A stretch of 45,383 nt of DNA from an uncultured Sphingomonadaceae bacterium (lineage in GTDB: Bacteria; Pseudomonadota; Alphaproteobacteria; Sphingomonadales; Sphingomonadaceae): the NCBI GenBank assembly GCA_964252145.1, contig CAXUMU010000003.1, positions 1 to 45,383 of the forward strand. The letters run 5' to 3'. A model generated the notes under the pieces. That model was not told where the DNA came from. It did not search any database and worked only from the letters and a program-made list of their open reading frames with translations. Below are positions 8,298 to 15,934 of the stretch, in pieces (position 1 is the stretch's first letter; every line of letters starts with the position of its first letter). Both the position numbers and the translations under genes were made by a program.

Positions 8298-9073
8298 CAG
8301 GCGCCCTGGCCCAGGTTCATTTGGAGCCCCCCGTCCAGCGTGAAGGTGGCGCCGGTCGCATAGTCCGCCGCTTTCGATGCGAGATACAGCGCGAGCTCGG
8401 CCACCTCCTCCGGTTCGGCGGCGCGCTTCATCGGGATGCTCGCGGTCTGCTCCTCGCGCACTTTCGGATCATCGATCGCCTCCTGGTTCATCGGGGTCAG
8501 CACCATCCCGGGCGCGAGGTTGTTCGCGGTGATGCCGTGCTCGGCGAGTTCCAGCGCGAGGCAGCGGGTGAGATTCCTGAGGCCACCCTTCGACGCGCAA
8601 TAGTCGGCGGCGCCGGCGCGCGGGATGTCCTCGTGCACGGAGGAGACGTTGATGATCTTGCCGCGCGCCTTGGCCGCGCGGCACCCGCGCACGAAGGCGC
8701 GCGCGAACAGGAACGGGCCGACCAGGTTGGTGTGGAGCACCTTCTCGAACTGCTCCAGCTCCATGTCGGCGACGGGCACGCCCGAGGCGTCGACACCGGC
8801 CGCGTTGACGAGGATCGTCGGCGTGCCGAACGCCTGCTGCGCCTGCTCGAACACGCTGTCGACCTGCTCTTCCTCGCGGACATCGGCGGCGATCGCGATC
8901 GCCCGGCCGCCGGCGGCTTCGATGTCGACGACGACCGCGCGCGCCTCGTCCGCATGATGATGATGCACGATCGCGATGGCGGCGCCCTCCTTCGCAAAGA
9001 GCTGCGCCGTCGCCTTGCCGATCCCGGAGCTGCCGCCGGTGATCACGGCGATCATGTTTTCCAGTCTTTTCAT
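8297..9073 (-). CDS. Short-chain dehydrogenase/reductase (SDR), glucose-1-dehydrogenase-like
   Basis: 258 aa from MKRLENMIAVITGGSSGIGKA (TGxxxGIG). Catalytic YCASK and NNLAPG. GGAGA RBS before the ATG at 9071-9073. Stop overlaps the next start (ATGA at 8296-8299 region). Confidence 0.9.
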   Translation of the reverse strand: MKRLENMIAVITGGSSGIGKATAQLFAKEGAAIAIVHHHHADEARAVVVDIEAAGGRAIAIAADVREEEQVDSVFEQAQQAFGTPTILVNAAGVDASGVPVADMELEQFEKVLHTNLVGPFLFARAFVRGCRAAKARGKIINVSSVHEDIPRAGAADYCASKGGLRNLTRCLALELAEHGITANNLAPGMVLTPMNQEAIDDPKVREEQTASIPMKRAAEPEEVAELALYLASKAADYATGATFTLDGGLQMNLGQGA

Positions 9074-9452
9074 CGAGATCTCCTGCTTACGCGGGCTGCG
9101 CGGCGAATGGGCGATTGATGCGCTGCCCCAAGTAGCATCCGAACGGCCATAGACGGTGCCGGGTCCACCCTTACTTGCCTGCGACTTGTCGATTCCTGCG
9201 GTTGCTTGATTGATCCTGCGCAAATCCAACAAGCTCCATCATTCGGACCTACTTGGGCGGCTCATTTGGACGCACTCTCCGTTACTGTTGGGAACGCAGC
9301 GCTATGGAGACGCACCTTAAGATCGCGCACATAGAAAACCGGCCTGACCGAATTCACGACTGACAAGGAGATTGCCCGACGTTGCTACGAAGTTCGTCCG
9401 CTGATTCACTTCCGACAACCATCGCGCCGGATGGCGCCCACGGAGACCTGCC

Positions 9453-9704
9453 ATGAAAGCCACTCAGATCCTGATCACCGCCGCCACCGTGTTCGCAATG
9501 AGCACCCCGGCGCTCGCCCAGATGTCGAACGATGCGATGATGAAGAAGGACGGCATGATGTCGTCCGACTCCAAGATGAAGATGTCGATGAAAGACAAGA
9601 AGATGATGACGAAGTGCAACAGCATGTCGCACGACATGATGATGAAGAACAAGAGCTGCATGAAGATGATGAAGATGCACCCCGACATGATGAAGGGCGG
9701 CTGA
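9453..9704 (+). CDS. Secreted methionine/lysine-rich mini-protein (MXKDX-repeat-like)
   Basis: 83 aa with a Sec signal ending TPALA|QM. The mature 61 residues contain 20 Met, 13 Lys, 2 Cys and 2 His. GGAGA sits 8 nt before the ATG. The coding strand is purine-rich and of lower GC than the flanks (28/60 GC in 9541-9600). Confidence 0.75.
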   Translation: MKATQILITAATVFAMSTPALAQMSNDAMMKKDGMMSSDSKMKMSMKDKKMMTKCNSMSHDMMMKNKSCMKMMKMHPDMMKGG

Positions 9705-9913
9705 CCTTCCGTTCGATCGGCGGGGCGCGGTGCGGTCGGTCCGCGGCGTCCCGCCGGTCTCCCTAGCCGGCGGCGAATCCCCTCGTGTCGCCTGCCGTGC
9801 GCCGCGCCGTCCGAGCGGCGGGCCGGCAAGGACCGGGACGACCCTCCCGGTCCTTGTTGGCGCCGGCAGCGTAAAACCGCGGCATCCGGATCCCTCCCAA
9901 TCCCCAAGGACTC

Positions 9914-10909
9914 ATGGCAGACCAGATCCTCGATCGCCTTCTCGTGACCCTCGACGTCGCCGTCGAGGCGTTCGCGATCTGCGAGGTCAAGCGCGGCTTC
10001 CGCCTCGCATTCGATCCGCTCGACGCGATCGTGGTGCATTACGTGCTCCAGGGAGAGCTGAACCTGATCACGTCCGGTGCCGATCCGGTCATCTGCGGGC
10101 CGGGCAGCGTCATCGTGGTTCCGCCGGGACTGTCGCAGAGCCTCGCGGGAGACGGGGCCAGCACGACCGAAGTCGCCGCCGCCGAGCATTGCTCGATGGA
10201 GCGCGACGGCATGCTGCTGTTCGATGCGGCGGACGGCGGCGCGGGCGACCTGCGCGTCGTCTGCGGCACGATCATGGCGAGCATCTCGGGATCGTTCGGG
10301 CTGGTCGACAAGGTCAAGCAGCCGCTCGCCGGCGACCTCAGCGACCTCGTGATCGTGCGGGACGCGTTCGCGGTCATGCTGCAGGAGATCAGCGCCCCCG
10401 AGCTCGGCTCGCGCGCGATGACCGGCGCGCTGATGAAGGCGTGCCTCGTCGCGCTGTTTCGCCGGTCGTTCCTGCGCGACGGGTCGGCCGCGATCATCCT
10501 CAATGCGTTTCAGGATCCGCGGCTCGGCCGGGCAGTGGCGGCGGTGATCGACCGGCCGGCGGGGCACCATACCGTCGCCGCGCTGGGCGAGGTCGCCGGC
10601 ATGAGCCGATCGACCTTCGCGCGCGAGTTCACCGCCTCGTTCGCCATGAGCCCGATGGAGTTCGTCGCCAAGACCCGGCTGCACCACGCCGCGGAACTGC
10701 TGCGATCGACCAACCTGCCGATCAAGGTGATCGCGGCGAGCATCGGCTTCCAGAGCCGCAGCCACTTCAGCCGCGCCTTCCGCGACGCGTACGACAGCGA
10801 TCCCAGCAAGTTCCGCAAGACCATCACCAAGCCCGAGCTCGACGCACCGCGCAGCCTGCGCGGTTCGCGGGAGCGGTTCGCGCTGGACGAGGAGCCGACC
10901 GATGGCTGA
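9914..10909 (+). CDS. AraC family transcriptional regulator with N-terminal cupin-type sensor domain
   Basis: 331 aa. C-terminal HTH pair (VAALGEVAGMSRSTFAREFTASFAMSPMEFVAKTRLHHAAELL...IGFQSRSHFSRAFRDAYDSDPSKFR). Its stop overlaps the next gene start (ATGGCTGA, 10902-10909). Confidence 0.9.
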   Translation: MADQILDRLLVTLDVAVEAFAICEVKRGFRLAFDPLDAIVVHYVLQGELNLITSGADPVICGPGSVIVVPPGLSQSLAGDGASTTEVAAAEHCSMERDGMLLFDAADGGAGDLRVVCGTIMASISGSFGLVDKVKQPLAGDLSDLVIVRDAFAVMLQEISAPELGSRAMTGALMKACLVALFRRSFLRDGSAAIILNAFQDPRLGRAVAAVIDRPAGHHTVAALGEVAGMSRSTFAREFTASFAMSPMEFVAKTRLHHAAELLRSTNLPIKVIAASIGFQSRSHFSRAFRDAYDSDPSKFRKTITKPELDAPRSLRGSRERFALDEEPTDG

Positions 10910-11723
10910 CGAGCAGCACGACGCGCCGCCACGCGGCGGTGACCTCATCTACCGCCAGCGCCGCCCCACCCGCATCTGGCACTGGATCAACGCGCTTGCC
11001 GTGTTCGTGATGCTGATGAGCGGGCTGATGATCTTCAACGCCCATCCCGAGCTCTACTGGGGCAAGTATGGCGCCGACCATGAGCGGCCGTGGCTCGCGA
11101 TCGGCAGCGACGGCGACGCCGGCTTCCTGCGCGTGGGGCCGGTGAAGCTGCCGACCACCGGCGTATTGGGCATCTCGGGCGGAGAGCAGCGCGCCTTCCC
11201 CGCGCTCGTCACGATCCCGTCGAGCTACGACCTCGCCGCGGCGCGCAACTGGCACTTCGCGTTCGCCTGGGCGCTGGTCGTGCCCGGCCTGCTCTACTGG
11301 CTGTGGAGCCTCGTTGCCCGCCACGTGCAACGCGACCTGGCGCCGACGCTGGAGGAACTGGCGCCCCGCCACATCTGGCAAGACGTGAAGGACCATGCCC
11401 GGCTGCGCTTCCCCACGGGCAAGGAGGCTCGCCGCTATAATATCCTCCAGAAGCTCAGCTACGTCGGCGTCCTGTTCGGGCTGCTGCCGGTGATGGTGCT
11501 GACCGGACTGACGATGTCGCCCGGCATCGATGCGGCGTGGCCGTGGCTGCTGGCGCTGTTCGGCGGGCGGCAGTCGGCGCGGTCGATCCATTTCATCTGC
11601 GCGATGCTGCTCGTCGGCTTCATCCTCGTCCATGTCGCGATGGTCGTGCTGGCGGGACCGCTCAGCGAGCTGCGCTCGATCGTGACCGGTTGGTACCGGC
11701 TGCCGAAGGAGCGCGCGGCATGA
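10902..11723 (+). CDS. Membrane cytochrome b (Ni/Fe-hydrogenase b-type / PF01292-like) subunit
   Basis: 273 aa with about 4 TM helices and conserved His residues (RIWHWINAL, NWHFAFAW, SIHFICAMLLVGFILVHV). Typical partner of periplasmic Mo-oxidoreductases. Confidence 0.8.
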   Translation: MADEQHDAPPRGGDLIYRQRRPTRIWHWINALAVFVMLMSGLMIFNAHPELYWGKYGADHERPWLAIGSDGDAGFLRVGPVKLPTTGVLGISGGEQRAFPALVTIPSSYDLAAARNWHFAFAWALVVPGLLYWLWSLVARHVQRDLAPTLEELAPRHIWQDVKDHARLRFPTGKEARRYNILQKLSYVGVLFGLLPVMVLTGLTMSPGIDAAWPWLLALFGGRQSARSIHFICAMLLVGFILVHVAMVVLAGPLSELRSIVTGWYRLPKERAA

Positions 11724-12483
11724 GCCTCCATCTTTCCCGCCGCCGGCTGATCGGCGCGCTCGGCGCGGGCGCCGGCACGCTCGTTCTCTCGGGCTGCGAC
11801 CGCATCAACGGCTCTCCGGCGGTGCAGCGCGTGCTGGGCGTAGGACAGGGCCTGACGATGCGTGTGCAGCGGATCGTGACCGACCGCACCGCGCTCGCGC
11901 CCGAGTTCGGCGCGGCCGACATGTCGCCGCTGTTCCGCACCAACGGCAACACGATGCCGGAGAATGAGGCGTATCAGGCGCACGTCGCCAACCGCTTCGC
12001 CGACTGGAAGCTCGTCGTCGATGGCCAGGTTCGCCGGCCGCTCGAGCTGTCGCTCCACCAGATCCGGAGCATGCCCGCGCGTACCCAGATCACCCGCCAC
12101 GATTGCGTCGAAGGCTGGAGCGCGATCGGCAAGTGGACCGGCGTGCCGCTGAAGCTGCTGCTCGACGCCGCGGGCGTGAAACCGAGCGTACGCTACGTCG
12201 TGTTCCACTGCGCCGACGATTTCGCCGGCACGCCCTATTATGAGAGCATCGATCTCGTCGATGCCTATCATCCCAGACGATCCTCGCCTGGGGGATGAAC
12301 GACGCGCTGCTTGGCGTCGGCCACGGCGCGCCGCTGCGGCTCCGGGTGGAGCGCCAGCTCGGCTACAAGCAGGCCAAGTATGTCATGCGCGTCGAGGCGG
12401 TCGAGCAACTCGCCGGCATCGGCGACGGCAAGGGCGGCTACTGGGAAGATTCGGCGGATTACCAATGGTATGCCGGCATTTGA
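11720..12483 (+). pseudogene. Molybdopterin-dependent oxidoreductase (sulfite-oxidase fold, YedY/MsrP-like) with one frameshift
   Basis: Tat-type signal with a lipobox-like Cys (SRRRLIGALGAGAGTLVLSGC). Mo-ligand motif RHDCVEGWS. The reading frame breaks at the CCC run 12272-12274: ...DAYHP then stop, while the +1 frame continues QTILAWGMNDALLGVGHGAPLRLRVERQLGYKQAKYV. One extra C would restore a ~254-aa protein. Confidence 0.8.
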
Positions 12484-12494
12484 TGGAGAATGAC

Positions 12495-13184
12495 ATGCGT
12501 CCGCTTTCGATCACCCTGGGCGCGCTCGCCCTCGTCGCGACCCCTGCGCTTGCGGGCGATCCGGCCCATCCGACCGTGATCGAGCTGTTCCAGAGCCAGG
12601 GCTGCTCGGACTGCCCGCCCGCCAACGCCAACCTGAACGCGATCGCCGACCGGTCCGACATCTTGGCGCTCAGCTTCGGCGTCACCTATTGGGACCGGCT
12701 CGGCTGGAAGGACATCTTCGCCAAGCCGGCCTTCACCGCACGGCAGTGGGATTATGCGCATGGTGCCGGGCGAGACAACGTGTTCACGCCGCAGATGATC
12801 GTCAACGGCCGCGGCGTGCTGGTCGGCAGCAACCGCGCGCAGGTAGACGCCGCGATCCAGAAGTTCGACCGGGGCAGTGGCGGCCCGTCGATCGCCAGCA
12901 GGGGCGGCAAGGTCATCATCGGCAAGGGTTCGCCGCGCCGGTCCGCGACGGTCTGGCTCGCGCATTATGATCCGCGCGTACGCAACGTGCCGATCCGCGC
13001 CGGCGAGAATGGCGGGCGCACGCTGCCGCACCGGGATGTCGTCACCACGCTCCAGCCGCTCGGCACCTGGACCGGCGCCGCGCTGACGCTCGATCTGCCG
13101 GCGCCGGGCGATCCCGCGCTGCGCGCCGCGGTTCTGGTGCAGGAAGGAACGGCAGGTCCGATCATTGCCGCGGCGCGCCTGTGA
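12495..13184 (+). CDS. DUF1223 family secreted thioredoxin-like protein
   Basis: Signal peptide MRPLSITLGALALVATPALA. VIELFQSQGCSDCPPAN (CxxC) and TPQMIVNG are typical of DUF1223. GGAGA sits 5 nt before the ATG at 12495. Confidence 0.8.
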   Translation: MRPLSITLGALALVATPALAGDPAHPTVIELFQSQGCSDCPPANANLNAIADRSDILALSFGVTYWDRLGWKDIFAKPAFTARQWDYAHGAGRDNVFTPQMIVNGRGVLVGSNRAQVDAAIQKFDRGSGGPSIASRGGKVIIGKGSPRRSATVWLAHYDPRVRNVPIRAGENGGRTLPHRDVVTTLQPLGTWTGAALTLDLPAPGDPALRAAVLVQEGTAGPIIAAARL

Positions 13185-13345
13185 TTCGCCAGCCACCGCA
13201 GGTCGGAGCAACCGAGTGACCGTAAACAGCGCGCCATCCACCGCAACGGATATGGATCGACCCGCCGAGCGATGTGCCGCCTCCGCAGTGCCGATGGCCG
13301 GTTCGATCCGAGGTCCCATCCGCTATCGAGCGGACGCGCGCTGGC

Positions 13346-13564
13346 ATGGCTGAAGACGAAGCCAGCTTCCTGCGCCGCCGCGCCCAAGAAGAGGACGTGC
13401 TCGCCCGCAGCGCAGTCGTTCCCGAGGCGGCAAAGGCGCATCTGAGGTTCGCGGCCGCCTACCGCGCGCGCCTCGCAGCCTTGGAACAAGCCGATCCGGC
13501 GAACCGCGAGAGGTTGGCCAGCTATGCAGTTCCACCGCCGCGGGGCGCAAACGCTCCAGAGTAA
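13346..13564 (+). CDS. Hypothetical small protein
   Basis: 72-aa ORF from an internal ATG of the 96-aa track ORF. No recognisable motif and no clear RBS. Confidence 0.25.
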   Translation: MAEDEASFLRRRAQEEDVLARSAVVPEAAKAHLRFAAAYRARLAALEQADPANRERLASYAVPPPRGANAPE

Positions 13565-13765
13565 GCGGGAAGGGATGCACCACCAGGCGCGCGGCCTGTA
13601 GCGGCGCGATCGGGCCGCTCGCGGCGTTCCTGCTCCCGATGCTTCGCCGGTGATCTGGGTCGCGGGGCTCCTAGACGAGCAGTTGCACTAACGCCACGCT
13701 TCCAGCGGTGGAGCGAATCCGTCATCGCATCGTTTAGTGCCATCGGGGGATCAGGAGGACGACCG

Positions 13766-14086
13766 ATGCCGCTGCTCGCGATCCCCTTTGCCGCCGCACT
13801 CAGCTTTGTAACGCTGCCATATGACATCCCGGCCGATTGGGGCGCCTCGCCTCCTGGCGTCTTCTCTCAGGAGCAGCTTGCCGATGTCGAGCTGGCGTCC
13901 GTCTCCGGATCGGGCATCCCGTTCGTCGGCGTTGACCAGAAGGACGCCGCCGCCGCGGCGCGTTCCATCACGATCTCGGAAATGAGCCCGGAGGGATCCG
14001 TCATCCTGCGCGAAACCTTCGACAACTGGACCGTCGACGTAGCGAGCCGCTTCATCGCGGAAGCGGTGGCAAGCAGGATGCAGTAG
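13766..14086 (+). CDS. Hypothetical protein
   Basis: 106-aa ORF preceded by AGGAGG (about 13754-13759). No recognisable family. Lies in the reduced-GC islet. Confidence 0.45.
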   Translation: MPLLAIPFAAALSFVTLPYDIPADWGASPPGVFSQEQLADVELASVSGSGIPFVGVDQKDAAAAARSITISEMSPEGSVILRETFDNWTVDVASRFIAEAVASRMQ

Positions 14087-14686
14087 AGCGAAGCGTCCGC
14101 CGATCTCCGCGGAAACGGCTCCCACTACCGTGGTCGGGGGCGCGAACGATAGGGGGCCTGACTGTCTCGGCCGTTGTCGACCCCGCAACGGTCGGGACGA
14201 TGCTATGCCGATTATAGAAAGTTAACAGGCGTTCTGGAACTATCGATTAATGATTCCACAGTGAGATCAAACTTGGTGTTCGACTAAGCTATTACCACGA
14301 TAAACCCGAGAAAAGTTCCTCTGCAGTGATAATCTAAAAGGTCGATCATTTCGCCGTGACCTGACAGGTTCGTGATGTACAACTTCAAGCGAGGTCGCGC
14401 AGGAGTCATTTAAACACGATCTCCGGTCGGCTAAACCTGCGCTTCCGGCTGAGGTTTGACCGCATCGTGCGGCGGCTGATCGGGCGCGCGATGGCGCGTC
14501 ACCGTGCGAGCGCGAAAACAGCTTTCCTACCGGCGCGCTGTGCGCGTATTTCTCCCGGAAGCTGCCGCATGCCGGGAAAGACGGCTCCGGGCAGCGCCAT
14601 TTACCGACGTCGATAGCACGCACCCCCGCATCCCGGATGCGCCGGGGCTCGCCTCGTCGCGCCGGTCCGCCACCGGGAGACATGCC

Positions 14687-15127
14687 ATGCCCGACAGCCG
14701 CCGGCTGGAGGATCTCGATCCGCGCGTCGCAGCGATGTGCCGCCGGCACCTTGCCGCGTGCAGCGCCGCAGGAATTCCGTTCACGGTGACCTTCACCTAC
14801 CGCTCGCCGGCCACGCAGGATGCGCTCTACGCGCAGGGGCGCACCAAGCCGGGCAAGATCGTCACCAATGCACGCGCCGGCTCCAGCTTCCACAATTACC
14901 GCCTGGCCTATGATGCGACGCCCGATTGCCTGCTGGCGCTGCCCGATTGGGGCGATACGCCGACGCACCGGCGCGAGACCGATCGGGTATGGGCGCTCTA
15001 CGGCACTCTTGCGCGGGCCGAGGGCCTGCGCTGGGGCGGCGACTTCCACAGCATCCGCGATCGGCCGCACTGCGAATGGTCGGGCACGCTCACGCTGGCC
15101 GAGCTGCGTGCGGGCAAGCGGCCATGA
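14687..15127 (+). CDS. Peptidase M15 family (phage-type endolysin, D-Ala-D-Ala / L-Ala-D-Glu peptidase-like)
   Basis: 146 aa. Zn-ligand pattern SFHNYRLAYD ... DRPHCEW, plus RSPATQDALYAQGRTKPG typical of M15_4 endolysins. GGGAGA RBS. Confidence 0.8.
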   Translation: MPDSRRLEDLDPRVAAMCRRHLAACSAAGIPFTVTFTYRSPATQDALYAQGRTKPGKIVTNARAGSSFHNYRLAYDATPDCLLALPDWGDTPTHRRETDRVWALYGTLARAEGLRWGGDFHSIRDRPHCEWSGTLTLAELRAGKRP

Positions 15128-15387
15128 GCGCACCCGCGACCGACGAGGTTGCCGCGGAGCGCGCCGCCACCTCCTCGCCGATCGGCGTATCTTCGCGGCA
15201 GGTGTTCTTCGTCGCATGCGTGCTGCTGGCGATCTACGCGGTCTATGGCGGCTTCCTGATGATCCGCGGCGGCGACGGCGGCGAGCGCGCGGCGTTCGGC
15301 CAGTCGGCGATCAACCTGGCGATGCTGGCCGCCGGCTTCTACCTCGGCTCATCGGCGTCAAGCCGCAACAAGGATCACCGGCCGTGA
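15124..15387 (+). CDS. Holin-like two-TM small protein
   Basis: 87 aa with two hydrophobic helices (VFFVACVLLAIYAVYGGFLMI and AINLAMLAAGFYLG) and a charged C-tail. ATGA overlap with the endolysin stop and GTGA overlap with the next gene. Confidence 0.6.
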   Translation: MSAPATDEVAAERAATSSPIGVSSRQVFFVACVLLAIYAVYGGFLMIRGGDGGERAAFGQSAINLAMLAAGFYLGSSASSRNKDHRP

Positions 15388-15809
15388 GCGCCGCCTTGTT
15401 CGCGCTCGGGCTGCTCCGCCGCTTCTGGCCTTACGCGCTCTGCGGCGCCGCGCTGATCGGCGCGGTGCTGTGGATCGACCACCGCGGCTACCGGCGCGGT
15501 GTCGCCTACATCGAGGCACGCGACGCGAAGGCGGTGGCCCGGATCGAGGCGGCGCGTGCGCGGCTGGTCGCCGCGTTCGATCGCGTCGCCGGCGCGCATG
15601 CCGCCACGGCGCAGATGCAGCAAAGCGAAGTGAGGGAGATCTATCATGAAGCGACGCGGATCATCGATCGTTCGGTCTACCATGCTGTGTGCATCGACGC
15701 TGACGGCGCAGGCCTGCTCGACCGTGCCCGCGCCAGCGCCAATCGCGGCCTTACCGGCGAGCCTGCTGGCGGAGCCGCCGGACCTGCCGCCTTACCCGCG
15801 GAACGCTGA
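15384..15809 (+). CDS. Rz-like inner-membrane spanin (i-spanin)
   Basis: 141 aa with an N-terminal TM (LFALGLLRRFWPYALCGAALIGAVLWI) followed by a predicted helical, Ala/Arg-rich periplasmic domain. Its position after the holin fits a spanin. Confidence 0.6.
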   Translation: MSAALFALGLLRRFWPYALCGAALIGAVLWIDHRGYRRGVAYIEARDAKAVARIEAARARLVAAFDRVAGAHAATAQMQQSEVREIYHEATRIIDRSVYHAVCIDADGAGLLDRARASANRGLTGEPAGGAAGPAALPAER

Positions 15810-15933
15810 CGGAACGATCAGCGGCGGCCAATGCCTGGTGGGTGCGCTGGATCTCTATGCCGCCGCCGGCGCGATCCGGCTGCAGCTGCTCGCGGTGATC
15901 GCGGCGGAGCGGATGCGTTCGCCGCCGCGGTGA
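15646..15933 (+). CDS. Rz1-like outer-membrane lipoprotein spanin (o-spanin), overlapping the i-spanin in another frame
   Basis: 95 aa. Signal with a lipobox-like TAQAC, followed by a Pro-rich segment (STVPAPAPIAALPASLLAEPPDLPPYP). It starts inside the Rz-like gene and extends past its stop (overlapped architecture). GAGGGAG RBS 7 nt upstream. Confidence 0.6.
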   Translation: MKRRGSSIVRSTMLCASTLTAQACSTVPAPAPIAALPASLLAEPPDLPPYPRNADGTISGGQCLVGALDLYAAAGAIRLQLLAVIAAERMRSPPR

Positions 15934-15934
15934 A

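Noticed and set aside
9354-9680. His-rich 108-aa ORF (MHLHHLHAALVLHHH...) that could look like a metal-binding protein
   Set aside because: It is the reverse-complement reading of the ATG/AAG-rich Met-peptide gene (CAT = His, CTT = Leu). It has no signal peptide or RBS, whereas the plus-strand ORF has both.
12261-12300. Possible programmed +1/-1 ribosomal frameshift in the Mo-oxidoreductase
   Set aside because: There is no slippery heptamer or downstream structure. Four other G/C-run indels occur in neighbouring genes, so mutation or sequencing error is the simpler explanation.
13280-13320. GGTTCGATCC motif resembling a tRNA T-loop (possible tRNA fragment or att site)
   Set aside because: The flanking bases do not form a T-stem or an acceptor stem, and there is no match to the tRNA-Ala 3' end at 2460-2482.
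14267-15217. 316-aa minus-strand ORF across the lysis region
   Set aside because: It is antisense to the endolysin and holin genes, which have RBSs, overlapping-coupled junctions and family motifs. Its product is Arg/Pro-rich low complexity.
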